In this document: positions 47,278 through 56,755 of the stretch, in pieces
Layout: each line of letters opens with the position of its first letter
Position numbering within the stretch: position 1 is the stretch's first letter
DNA from: Patescibacteria group bacterium
Lineage (GTDB): Bacteria; Patescibacteriota; Microgenomatia; UBA1406; HO2-37-13b
NCBI GenBank assembly: GCA_035289305.1
Contig: DATDXN010000016.1
Location: 18,315-82,314 of the forward strand
Direction: 5' to 3'
Length of the DNA: 64,000 nucleotides
Made by a program: the position numbers and the translations under genes
The notes under the pieces: model-generated
The model's database searches: none
Seen by the model: only the letters and a program-made list of their open reading frames with translations
Told to the model about the DNA's origin: nothing

Positions 47278-48389
47278 AAAAAGTTGTTGTTATTCTTCCT
47301 ACGTACAATGAAAAGGAAAATATCAAAACACTCATTCCTGCAATTTTTGACGCTGCTACTTCCTCCCCTAATTGGCATATCTCAATCATTGTCGTTGACG
47401 ATAAATCACCGGATGAAACGGGTAAGGAGGTGCGCAAACTCCAAGCTCGCTACGCTGATTTACATATCATCTACGGAAAAAAAGAAGGACTAGGAAATGC
47501 ATACTTAAGAGGCTTCTCATATGCTTTGGAAGCACAAAATCCATCGGTCGTTTTTGAAATGGATGCTGATTGGTCCCATAATCCCTCCCAAATTCCGGGC
47601 TTTCTGAAAAAAATAGAAGAAGGAGTAGATTTTGTCATCGGATCACGGTATATGAAAGGAGGATCAATTCCTAAAAACTGGGGTTTACATCGAAAACTCT
47701 TTTCGATTATAGGGAACCTGATCATTCGTTTTGGATTTATGGTGAGAAATATTCGCGACTGGACATCAGGATATAGAGCCATCAGAACGTGGTATATAAA
47801 GGAAATCCTAGGAGAAATGGAAAATTATAATGGGTATGTCTTTCAAGTCGCTCTCCTTGATCGTGCACATAAAAGAGGTCTTCGCATTGCAGAAATTCCG
47901 ATACATTTTAAAGATAGGAAAAAAGGAGTATCAAAGATAAAATCGATGCAATACATCATAACCACTTTGTGGTATGTTTTCTTGCACTCATCTTTCATCA
48001 AATTCGTTATCGTAGGAACCATCGGATTCCTCATCGATTTTACTCTCTCTTTTTTATTCATAGAAAAAATAAAACTGTCTATTTGGATAAGCACAGTGAT
48101 AAGCTCTGAAGTTGCAATTATATCAAACTTTTTCTGTAATAATTTTTGGAGTTTCTCCCATAAAAAAGTTACGCATGCATTCTTATCCTATATCAAGAAA
48201 TTTTCTCATTTTAACCTTGTTGCGGTTGGATCAATTATCATCCAAGCAATACTTCTTCATTTTGCAACCGTCATTTTTCCCGCATATTTGTGGTATATTT
48301 ATAAAACGATCATTATTATTGCTATTATCATACCGTATTCGTATTATATGTATAATTACGTCATTTGGAAAAAAAAGTCACGAACATGA
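47274..48389 (+). CDS. GT2 polyprenol-phosphate glycosyltransferase fused to a GtrA-like 4-TM domain
   Basis: N-terminal ILPTYNEKENI...VVDDKSPDETG...DADWSH. The C-terminus carries multiple TM helices of GtrA type. Confidence 0.8.
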   Translation: MKKVVVILPTYNEKENIKTLIPAIFDAATSSPNWHISIIVVDDKSPDETGKEVRKLQARYADLHIIYGKKEGLGNAYLRGFSYALEAQNPSVVFEMDADWSHNPSQIPGFLKKIEEGVDFVIGSRYMKGGSIPKNWGLHRKLFSIIGNLIIRFGFMVRNIRDWTSGYRAIRTWYIKEILGEMENYNGYVFQVALLDRAHKRGLRIAEIPIHFKDRKKGVSKIKSMQYIITTLWYVFLHSSFIKFVIVGTIGFLIDFTLSFLFIEKIKLSIWISTVISSEVAIISNFFCNNFWSFSHKKVTHAFLSYIKKFSHFNLVAVGSIIIQAILLHFATVIFPAYLWYIYKTIIIIAIIIPYSYYMYNYVIWKKKSRT

Positions 48390-49033
48390 AAACCGTCTCA
48401 TACACTCAAAAAGTGCTTAATGTGTGGGCAGTAATTTTGATTTTATGGAGTATATATCGTGCAAAATTAGCCCTACCTGAATGGTTTGATGAGTTTATAG
48501 CAAAACCACTTATATTTATTCTTCCCGTCTATCTTTTTATAAGAAAAGTTGAAAAAGGCAACTTTTTTTCAAAAATCGCTTTAAGAAAGGAAAACAGCAT
48601 ACGGGAGTTCTACTACGCCATCTTTATCGGTATCTCTCTGTTATTTGTAGTGATTGTGGCAAAACTAGCACAACAAGAAGAACTTGCTGTCAATACAAAA
48701 ACTATCTTATATGCTTTTGCGCAATTTCCTTTTGTATTTGCTACTGCTTTTTCAGAAGAAATCCTCGCGCGAGGTTTCATTCTCAAAAGACTTTACGGCG
48801 AATCCCACAATATTATAACCTCGACTTTTGTAGCAAGCATATTATTTTTGATCATTCAGATCCCTATTCTCTTCACCAATCTCAATCTCACGGGAAATCT
48901 TATCGTTCTTTTTATCATCACCGATCTTATATTGAGTTTTGCAAACTCATTTATTTTCCTTTACCGGCGAAGTCTCATCGTTCCTATCTTCGTACATGCT
49001 TTTTATAATCTCATACTTCTTCTTGCCCTATAA
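48386..49033 (+). CDS. CPBP (CAAX protease / Abi) family intramembrane metalloprotease
   Basis: Multi-TM protein with an EEILARGF motif and a C-terminal HAFYN. The start is taken at the internal Met. Confidence 0.65.
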   Translation: MKTVSYTQKVLNVWAVILILWSIYRAKLALPEWFDEFIAKPLIFILPVYLFIRKVEKGNFFSKIALRKENSIREFYYAIFIGISLLFVVIVAKLAQQEELAVNTKTILYAFAQFPFVFATAFSEEILARGFILKRLYGESHNIITSTFVASILFLIIQIPILFTNLNLTGNLIVLFIITDLILSFANSFIFLYRRSLIVPIFVHAFYNLILLLAL

Positions 49034-50632
49034 ATTCTCATAAATCCAGAAAATTTCCTCGCCATCTGCGTATATTTTTTTAATTTTGTCCATATCAATG
49101 TCTTTTCTATCCTCAAAATGTTCTGGATACCCGATATATGAAATACCCTTCTTGGTAAGGTCAAGATTGAAGTTGAAGTTAAATTTGTCAAAACTTTCAA
49201 CCTGCCCAAACCCATACTCATCAGGGGGAGAAAGCCGCGCCTGTTTCTGGTATTGTGTCGGATCATATCTTAAATAAAATAATAACTCTATATACGGCTG
49301 ACCGTGACGAGAAGTGATAATGAATTCGTCAAAATTGGTATAATTTTCCTTAACATAATTTGCAAGTTCTTTATATCCACACTGCCATGATCTTTTTACG
49401 AGGGCGCGTTTGTAATAATGAAAAAAATAATAATCCCACGTTTGCGCAATAAAAATCAAGAAAACACTAGCAACTACCATGAAAAAAACTCTCCTGTGTC
49501 CCACATTTCTTGCCAGATGAATAAACCCATATGAAGCAACAAGAAGGATGGGAACGACTAAGAAAAATGAGCGGGTTAACGAGTACTCCTGCCAAGCCAA
49601 AGAAGCGGGAAGCGGCGAAACAAAAAGTAGGAGAATTATGAGAAAACGGTATTTTTCTTTCCTTTTAAACAGATAATATAACCCAATGAGGAAAAAAATA
49701 TACTCCACGAGACTTATCGGTGAAATACCCGGGTATCCAAAACGAGGATTTGCATCCCCACTTATAAAGAGAAATTGTGGAGAAAAATAGGTAAAATATT
49801 GTTTTGAAAGATCGAAAAAACCCTGCGTGAGTTTATTGTGAAATATCTGGATGTTATGCTCGTTTCTTAGTTCATAGATTTTGAGATTAAAACCAGTATC
49901 TCGAAAAAAAATAAGATTTTGTACTCTTGTTGGCGGACTTTGAAATTCTGAATAAAGGAAAAAAATAATTGGAAGAAAGAGGACAACAAAAAAAAGCATG
50001 CGGCTACCCTGCACTTCCTTCCTTTTTTTGAGAAGAATATATAGTACATATATCAAAAAGAAGAAGGAGAATATCTTTGTGCTATGGTAGGTAAAAAGAC
50101 CCACACCCTGCATCAGAGAAAAGCAAAAAAAATCAAAAAAAGAAAACGACGCGAGAAATCTTATGAGAAAAATGACAGTAATGCTCAAAATGAATACTAC
50201 GAGGATCGCCTCATGAGCATGACGAGCAGTAATTTGAAGCCATGGAGAAACACTGGCGGCAAAAGCAGCAACCAATGCAATTTTTTTGTCCTTGAAAAAC
50301 TGATGGGCTAATAGAAATATAACAATCGGGAACAATACTCCAAAAATATTTGCAAGCATTCTCGCTGACATGGCGCTTAAACCAAACAGCCCAATAAAGG
50401 GAACTGAAAGATATGAGTAGAGGGGTAGTTTATAATCACCAAATGACTTCAGACGCAGAGGCAAAAAAATACCATATTCATCTTTTCCAGTTTTGAGCAG
50501 TGAGTATGCATTATACCCAAAAGCAGCCTCATCCGCATTAACACATGCAGGTACTTCTGATGCTTTGAATATATGGAGAAATAGTGCAATCCCAACAAAT
50601 AGTAAGAGATACAAAAAAACACCTTTTTTCAT
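49028..50632 (-). CDS. GT-C family membrane glycosyltransferase (ArnT/PMT-like, GT39/GT83)
   Basis: The N-terminal loop NADEAAFGYNAYSLLKTGKDEYG carries a DE motif, followed by more than 10 TM helices. 534 aa. Confidence 0.75.
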   Translation of the reverse strand: MKKGVFLYLLLFVGIALFLHIFKASEVPACVNADEAAFGYNAYSLLKTGKDEYGIFLPLRLKSFGDYKLPLYSYLSVPFIGLFGLSAMSARMLANIFGVLFPIVIFLLAHQFFKDKKIALVAAFAASVSPWLQITARHAHEAILVVFILSITVIFLIRFLASFSFFDFFCFSLMQGVGLFTYHSTKIFSFFFLIYVLYILLKKRKEVQGSRMLFFVVLFLPIIFFLYSEFQSPPTRVQNLIFFRDTGFNLKIYELRNEHNIQIFHNKLTQGFFDLSKQYFTYFSPQFLFISGDANPRFGYPGISPISLVEYIFFLIGLYYLFKRKEKYRFLIILLLFVSPLPASLAWQEYSLTRSFFLVVPILLVASYGFIHLARNVGHRRVFFMVVASVFLIFIAQTWDYYFFHYYKRALVKRSWQCGYKELANYVKENYTNFDEFIITSRHGQPYIELLFYLRYDPTQYQKQARLSPPDEYGFGQVESFDKFNFNFNLDLTKKGISYIGYPEHFEDRKDIDMDKIKKIYADGEEIFWIYENL

Positions 50633-51540
50633 GACGTATGGGTAAAAATTCGCAAAACTTCTCGATCGGAAAACATGTTGTTATCAACACCGCTACGCCT
50701 TTTTTGCCAAACACTGGGAATATAAAAAAGAGCTTTCCATAAACCCAAAAAAAACTCCCACTCTTTTTTGGAGGCGCAATATACCATATGGAAGGGAAGA
50801 AAAAAAAGATGAGAGAGAAATAGATCGCCATCTGCGATATTCTTCCACATGAAAATCAGTTGGTTTCGAAAAGCAATCGTTTTTACCCGTCTTTTATCAA
50901 AATATTTGCCAATCGTAGACTCATGATGGTGTTCAACCAGTATGCCGGGATCAAACAGTACCCGCCACCCTCTTTTGTAGGCGCGATATGATAGGTCAAT
51001 ATCTTCCCAATAGAAGGGCGCATAGAGCGTGTCAAAACCATCAAGCTCATCAAAATACTGCTTCCTTACAATACTTGCTCCTCCTTCTGCCCACCCATTT
51101 ATATCAGGGCGCGTATCTTTTACCTTACGGTGAAATAAAAAACCGCGCCTGAAAAAAATAGTATTTTTCCCCACCAGTTCGCCATTTTTTTCCTTTTGCA
51201 TGAAACTCACCGCAAAAAGCCGCTTATCTTTTTGCAGAGAAACAACAGCTTTTTCAAAATGCGCATCCAAAAGCTTCACGTCTGAATTGAGAAGGAAAAT
51301 ATATTCACCCTGCGCTTTTTTAACTCCTTTGTTTACCGTACCTGCAAATCCGAGATTCACGTCGTTTTTGAGGTAGATGATAGATGGATAGCGCTCGTGG
51401 ATAATCTTTTCAAGTTTAGGATCATACGCATCATCAATGATGATGACCTCGTGTTTTTGCAGAAAAGGATAATTATGTGCCAGATTCTTTAAAAAAAGCT
51501 CCCTATTTTTATATACCGGTATCACGACTGAAAGCTCCAT
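50629..51540 (-). CDS. Family 2 glycosyltransferase
   Basis: LSVVIPVYKN...IIIDDAYD...NLGFAGTVNKG and DxD-like motifs. Confidence 0.8.
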   Translation of the reverse strand: MELSVVIPVYKNRELFLKNLAHNYPFLQKHEVIIIDDAYDPKLEKIIHERYPSIIYLKNDVNLGFAGTVNKGVKKAQGEYIFLLNSDVKLLDAHFEKAVVSLQKDKRLFAVSFMQKEKNGELVGKNTIFFRRGFLFHRKVKDTRPDINGWAEGGASIVRKQYFDELDGFDTLYAPFYWEDIDLSYRAYKRGWRVLFDPGILVEHHHESTIGKYFDKRRVKTIAFRNQLIFMWKNIADGDLFLSHLFFLPFHMVYCASKKEWEFFLGLWKALFYIPSVWQKRRSGVDNNMFSDREVLRIFTHTS

Positions 51541-51548
51541 AGTAATTT

Positions 51549-52649
51549 TCAGATCAAATGAAAATGGGTAATAACTCTTTTTTTGAAATCTTCATAAGAA
51601 AAATGCTCGCTTATAAATAGTTGTGCCTGATTGGCTATTTCCGTCAGAGTGTTTCTTATATTGTATGTATCGATCGTTTTTTGAACAAGTTCATCCATCA
51701 TGTTGTATACAAACCCATTTTTGCCATTTTTGATCAATGTAGCAAGCTCGCCTTTTTTGGGACAAAAAATAATACACCCTGATGCCATTGCCTCAAGAGG
51801 AGAAATACCCAGATGCTCTACGAGCTCCGGACTATGCTTCTCATTTATATCATACCCTGCCGCATGCCAAAAAAACAACGCCTTGCGGTAATACTCAATC
51901 ACAGTAGTTTGTGAAGCATTGGGAAGAAAGATGATATTATCATTGTCGCGAGCAAGAAGTACCAGCTCATCAAAGTACTTTTTATCTTCTTCTTTCAACC
52001 CGCCAATGAGATAGAGTTTAAAATCTTTGAACATATTATTTTCCCGTTGTAATTTATTGAACGCTTTTATCAGAATATCTTGTCTTTTCGTATGAAGATG
52101 TCTGAAAAATCTACCAACTGAAAGAATTATGTTTTGTTTATTGGTTCCTGTGTGGTTTTTATGAAAATATCTAAAATCTATATAGGGATATATGACGCTG
52201 CTTTCTTTTCCCGTCCATTTATCTACAAACGACTTGGTGAAATGTGAATTACATATAAAATCGAAGTTGCTCCATTTCATATGATTGATCCATGTTGCTT
52301 TATATAATTCTTTTTTCGGATACATGCAAAAAACATGATTGTGCGAAGCGCCTGAAAAGAGATAACTCCCGTCTGTCACATAAAAAAAGTGCTCGTATTT
52401 CTTAGTCTCTAAAAACTTACTCACTATGTTACCTTCAAAAAATGAATGAACGATCGACAGATGTGAAAAATCCATATCAAACTGTTTTTTTAAACGATCG
52501 CTTATTGAAGCATCATTCCATATCACGTCAACGTGATATCCGCACTGATCAAACACTTTAGCGATTGAAAGAATATGTCGCTCTCCTCCACCAAGCGTAT
52601 CAAGATACGGATCGTACACGATGATCTTTTTCTTTTTCATATTTTTCAT
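51549..52649 (-). CDS. Family 4 (GT-B) glycosyltransferase
   Basis: C-terminal EHLGISPLEAMASGCIIFCPKKGELATLIKNGKNGFV GT4 signature. The start is taken at an internal Met to limit overlap with the upstream gene. Confidence 0.8.
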   Translation of the reverse strand: MKNMKKKKIIVYDPYLDTLGGGERHILSIAKVFDQCGYHVDVIWNDASISDRLKKQFDMDFSHLSIVHSFFEGNIVSKFLETKKYEHFFYVTDGSYLFSGASHNHVFCMYPKKELYKATWINHMKWSNFDFICNSHFTKSFVDKWTGKESSVIYPYIDFRYFHKNHTGTNKQNIILSVGRFFRHLHTKRQDILIKAFNKLQRENNMFKDFKLYLIGGLKEEDKKYFDELVLLARDNDNIIFLPNASQTTVIEYYRKALFFWHAAGYDINEKHSPELVEHLGISPLEAMASGCIIFCPKKGELATLIKNGKNGFVYNMMDELVQKTIDTYNIRNTLTEIANQAQLFISEHFSYEDFKKRVITHFHLI

Positions 52650-53385
52650 AGAGGAAAATATACGTAATCGTTTTTGAGAAAGCCTGATAGATTGATTCAA
52701 TGATACCAAAAGCTCCATCTAAAAATCCTTTATGCACGACAAGACGCTTATACAACTCACCACCAAATTTCCGCAAAAAAGTAACAGTTGATACTTTTTT
52801 CCCTGCCTCAAAAAGGAGATCTGACTCAATATCTTCAAAAGTCACCGTCTTTTGCACCATGTTTTCAAACGAGGGATGAAAATAATGCACGAGCGGATTT
52901 CGCAGTAGCCCACACGTACCCCTTATATGAGGTACCGCGTGAATTCTTGATGGCCAGCTCACGAAATATTTCTTATTAATGAGACGCACTTGATAATCAG
53001 GGTACCATCCCCCATGTACAAGCCATTTTTTCTTGCTAAATATATTTTTTCTGGGTACTTTGTAGTGAGAATGAGTCGAAAGATGAAGAAGGCTTTTTAT
53101 TTCATCTGCAAGAGGTTGAGTGATGCGCTCGTCTGCGTCCAGAATAAACACCCATTCTGTTTGAGCCTTTGCTATCCCAAACCTCCGCGCCGGCTCCACG
53201 TATTTTGTATAAGGAAAATCATAAAGGACACATCCCTCCCTCAAAACATACTCTCGCGTTTTGTCTCGGCTGCCCATATCAATAACAACTATCCTATCAC
53301 TTAACTGACGCGCAGATTGTATACACTCACGTATGTTTTCCTCTTCATTGAACGTATGAATTATAATACTGATATCATGGCTCAT
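52600..53385 (-). CDS. Family 2 glycosyltransferase
   Basis: ISIIIHTFNEEENI...VIDMGSRDKT...LDADE. Confidence 0.8.
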   Translation of the reverse strand: MSHDISIIIHTFNEEENIRECIQSARQLSDRIVVIDMGSRDKTREYVLREGCVLYDFPYTKYVEPARRFGIAKAQTEWVFILDADERITQPLADEIKSLLHLSTHSHYKVPRKNIFSKKKWLVHGGWYPDYQVRLINKKYFVSWPSRIHAVPHIRGTCGLLRNPLVHYFHPSFENMVQKTVTFEDIESDLLFEAGKKVSTVTFLRKFGGELYKRLVVHKGFLDGAFGIIESIYQAFSKTITYIFLYEKYEKEKDHRVRSVS

Positions 53386-54501
53386 ATATCTTATTCTATC
53401 AAAAAGAAAGTTTTTATTTTTCTTTTTATCATCAATCTTATTCTTCTTATGCTCTATTCATATGTACTGGTTGATCCCAATATCACCCTCATCAACCACC
53501 CACTGTGGACGACTTTTCGAAATAGTATGGTATATATCGGTTATTATAAACGTCCCTTATCTACTTTTTTCTTCGTAATGTTGATCATTTCTTTGGGAGC
53601 TTGGAATATATATGCCCACCGATTGTCATTTCGACCGCTTCATATCAGCTTGTTAATTGGCCTTATTTTGCTTTTTTCCTACCCATTTCTTTCTCATGAT
53701 TTTTTTAACTATATCTTTGATGCAAAAATACTGACTTTTTATCATAAAAATCCGTATCTTTATAAGGCACTTGATTTCCCGGGCGATCCGTATCTTCGAT
53801 TTATGCACTGGACACATCGCACCTACCCCTATGGACCATTCTGGCTGATCATTTCCTCCATTCCCTCTTTTCTTTCGGCACACAAGTTTTTACTCAATTT
53901 TCTATTTCTTAAAATGACGTTTGGGGCGTTGTACGTCATCAGCACCTATATACTTGAAAAAAGCAACAAAAAACATGCGCTTTTTTTTGCGACCAATCCC
54001 CTCGTCATCATGGAGGGCCTCGTTTCACCTCACAATGACTTGGCTGCCGTAACACTTGGTATTATTTTCCTCTTTTTTATTATGGCACAGAACAAAAAAT
54101 TGCTTGGAGGGGTATTCTTATTGCTGTCAATACTCATCAAATATATAACGATATTTCTTCTTGGCTTTTTGATTCCCATGAAAAAACGTATACAAATTAC
54201 AACAAGCATCTTTCTATGTGGAATCATTCTTCTCTATCTCATAGTCAAAAATGGAGTTTTTCCATGGTATTTTCTCAACATTTTTGTTTTTCTTCCTTTT
54301 TGTGGCAGAAGGACGAAAATGGCACTTACTATATTTACAGTTATACTATGCATCACATATCTTCCATTTATCCTATACGGCGATTGGACGAAACAAACAC
54401 TTCAATTTCGCAGTCAAATCTTCTGGGTAGGAGTAGTAATTTCCATTATTGTCTTGCTCATAGTTCGCTATCTTCCCAAAAGAGCATTTTTCAGTAAATG
54501 A
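53377..54501 (+). CDS. Polytopic membrane protein, putative GT-C-like glycosyltransferase (DUF2029/GT87-like?)
   Basis: More than 9 hydrophobic helices and a YPYGPFWLII motif. The start is uncertain; candidate Mets lie at 53317-53377. Confidence 0.45.
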   Translation: MAHISYSIKKKVFIFLFIINLILLMLYSYVLVDPNITLINHPLWTTFRNSMVYIGYYKRPLSTFFFVMLIISLGAWNIYAHRLSFRPLHISLLIGLILLFSYPFLSHDFFNYIFDAKILTFYHKNPYLYKALDFPGDPYLRFMHWTHRTYPYGPFWLIISSIPSFLSAHKFLLNFLFLKMTFGALYVISTYILEKSNKKHALFFATNPLVIMEGLVSPHNDLAAVTLGIIFLFFIMAQNKKLLGGVFLLLSILIKYITIFLLGFLIPMKKRIQITTSIFLCGIILLYLIVKNGVFPWYFLNIFVFLPFCGRRTKMALTIFTVILCITYLPFILYGDWTKQTLQFRSQIFWVGVVISIIVLLIVRYLPKRAFFSK

Positions 54502-55301
54502 AGTTTCGTGTAAAAAGGAGCATATTTTAAACCAAAAATAAACCTGTTCTTTTTTTGATAATGTTGATGCAGAGATGATCCCGCCCCGCCGGTTGATTGC
54601 GCATTTTTGTGCCAGATGGCAACTGACGGATCGTAGTATAAAGGAATATGTTTTTGTTTTGCACGCTCGCAATAATCAGCATCTTCATAATAAAGAAAAT
54701 ACCGCTCATCCCACAATCCTATCGCAGAAACCACTGCATGGTCAAAAAGCATGAGACAGCCGGTGATAAATGGAGTTTGCATAAACGCATCATACTGACC
54801 ATGATCCACCTCGTCCACCCCTCTGTGCGCTGTATATACATTTTTCCAGTCAACAATGCCGCCGGCATACCACAACACTTTACCTGATTCCTCCTTCGCA
54901 TACTTATCATGATACTCATACCCTTTCTCATAATAAATCTTTCCGCCGATGAGTGATTTGGGGTGATGCATGAGGCTATTTTTTACATGTTTCACAAAAT
55001 CTTTTTCCACTCGCGTGTCGTTGTTTATGACAACAAAATGGTCTAAGTCCTGTTTCAAAGCTGCCTCAATGCCAACATTCACCCCATGTGCATATCCTTT
55101 GTTCTCTGCGGGAATAACACTTAACCATGGCCTTTCTGGCAATTGCTCCTTTCTTTCTGATAAATCTGCGATAAAAATATGAAAGTCGTCGCTTTTAATT
55201 GGTGCAAAACAATCAATAAATTCACGAGTGACTGTATAATTTCGATAATTGACCGTAAGGATAGCAATTTTTTTCATATTCTTATCATGATGAACGCTCA
55301 C
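54468..55301 (-). CDS. Family 2 glycosyltransferase
   Basis: IAILTVNYRN...VVINNDT...YYEDADYCERA. The start may be the internal Met at 55277. Confidence 0.8.
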   Translation of the reverse strand: MSVHHDKNMKKIAILTVNYRNYTVTREFIDCFAPIKSDDFHIFIADLSERKEQLPERPWLSVIPAENKGYAHGVNVGIEAALKQDLDHFVVINNDTRVEKDFVKHVKNSLMHHPKSLIGGKIYYEKGYEYHDKYAKEESGKVLWYAGGIVDWKNVYTAHRGVDEVDHGQYDAFMQTPFITGCLMLFDHAVVSAIGLWDERYFLYYEDADYCERAKQKHIPLYYDPSVAIWHKNAQSTGGAGSSLHQHYQKKNRFIFGLKYAPFYTKLHLLKNALLGR

Positions 55302-56755
55302 GTTTTTAAAAGCTCTCGTATTTCACGATACAAGGCATTTCCTTTTCTTTTGTACACAATAAAAAAGTAAATAAGAGCGCCCCCGATCACCGAGATGATA
55401 AAGTATGTATATACATGTTCTCCCAGTTGCGAAAAAAGTAATCGGACAATCAAAAGATAAAAAAACATGACTGAAACTCCAAAAAAAGAAGTCTTAAACG
55501 AGTTTTCAAATGAAAACTGGACATATCGTCGAGCAATCGCTATAACAAATATAAATGAAAGGGACTGAATAAAAAACGCAATTGATATGCCGTTTGGACC
55601 AAAAAATTTGATGCCAACTGGTACGAGAATCCATGTAAAAGCAGTCCACATAATCATAAAATATAGACTTAATTTTACCTTGCCTATTGCATTAAATAAA
55701 TTGATAAAAGGAGTAGTAAGAGTGATGAAAAAGGCAGAAAAAGAGAAGAAGTAAAATGAAAATAAAGAACTTCCCCATTTTGTGAAATAACCGGGAATGA
55801 TTTTTAGGACACTTTCAAAAACGAACAGCACTCCGACAATGGCCGGGAAGATAAGCAGAGACTCATAAAAGAGTACTTTTTCCATACTTTTAGTCAGAAG
55901 CTCTTTTTCTTTCTGGAACCGTGCAAAAAGTGGAAATGAAACTCTATTGAAATTATCAACGACTATTCGTATGGAAAATTCCGCATATTTTTTTGCGAAA
56001 GTAACATATCCTAGATTAGTAAGTCCGATCGCACTTCCAAGATACATTATCAGAAGATCGTCTTTGACGAGAGCGAGAAAAGAATTTCCTTGAAAAGGAA
56101 TCCCATAGCTTAAGAGTGCTTTGGCTGATGAAGGAGAAAATATCAGTCGAGGAGACCAAGGCTGTAAAATATATACCATCACAATACCAACCAGAGATCG
56201 AAAAAGGACAGCGACGATTAAACTAAATATTTCAAATCCAAGGAGTGAAAAAATAATAATAAGCAGATAAAAAACAGTATTTTCGACTGCCTGGACCAAT
56301 ACTACTTTATATATTTGTATTTTCTTCTCCAGGAGAATGGAGGGAATTGTCTTGAGGGAAAGAAGAAAAAAAGAGGCAAGTACTGACCAGTACAGATAGA
56401 CGGCGTTTCTTGGAAGATCTGGATAGAGCACAAAAAGCTTGTTTGTCAAGGAAAACCCCACCGCAACTGCTATAATTGAAAGAGCAAATTGGAGAAGAAA
56501 AGCTGTATGCAGGTCTTTTTCCTCGACGTCTTTTTTTTGTACTATTGCAGCGGCAAGACCAAGATTAGTAAAATAGTTGAAAAAGGCCATCATAGCTAGA
56601 ACAGTATTATAAATTCCCAAAAGATATACGCCAGATTTTATTGTTAAAATAAGAAATGCGGCAAATCCTAAAACAGCAGAATATGTTGTTTGCATCATTA
56701 AGCTTGAAACGCTTAAGAAACTGCGGGATTTGACGTCTCGTAAATTATGTTCCAT
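55298..56755 (-). CDS. Wzx-like polysaccharide/oligosaccharide flippase (MOP superfamily)
   Basis: 485 aa with about 12-14 predicted TM helices and a typical PST-family N-terminus. Confidence 0.7.
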   Translation of the reverse strand: MEHNLRDVKSRSFLSVSSLMMQTTYSAVLGFAAFLILTIKSGVYLLGIYNTVLAMMAFFNYFTNLGLAAAIVQKKDVEEKDLHTAFLLQFALSIIAVAVGFSLTNKLFVLYPDLPRNAVYLYWSVLASFFLLSLKTIPSILLEKKIQIYKVVLVQAVENTVFYLLIIIFSLLGFEIFSLIVAVLFRSLVGIVMVYILQPWSPRLIFSPSSAKALLSYGIPFQGNSFLALVKDDLLIMYLGSAIGLTNLGYVTFAKKYAEFSIRIVVDNFNRVSFPLFARFQKEKELLTKSMEKVLFYESLLIFPAIVGVLFVFESVLKIIPGYFTKWGSSLFSFYFFSFSAFFITLTTPFINLFNAIGKVKLSLYFMIMWTAFTWILVPVGIKFFGPNGISIAFFIQSLSFIFVIAIARRYVQFSFENSFKTSFFGVSVMFFYLLIVRLLFSQLGEHVYTYFIISVIGGALIYFFIVYKRKGNALYREIRELLKT

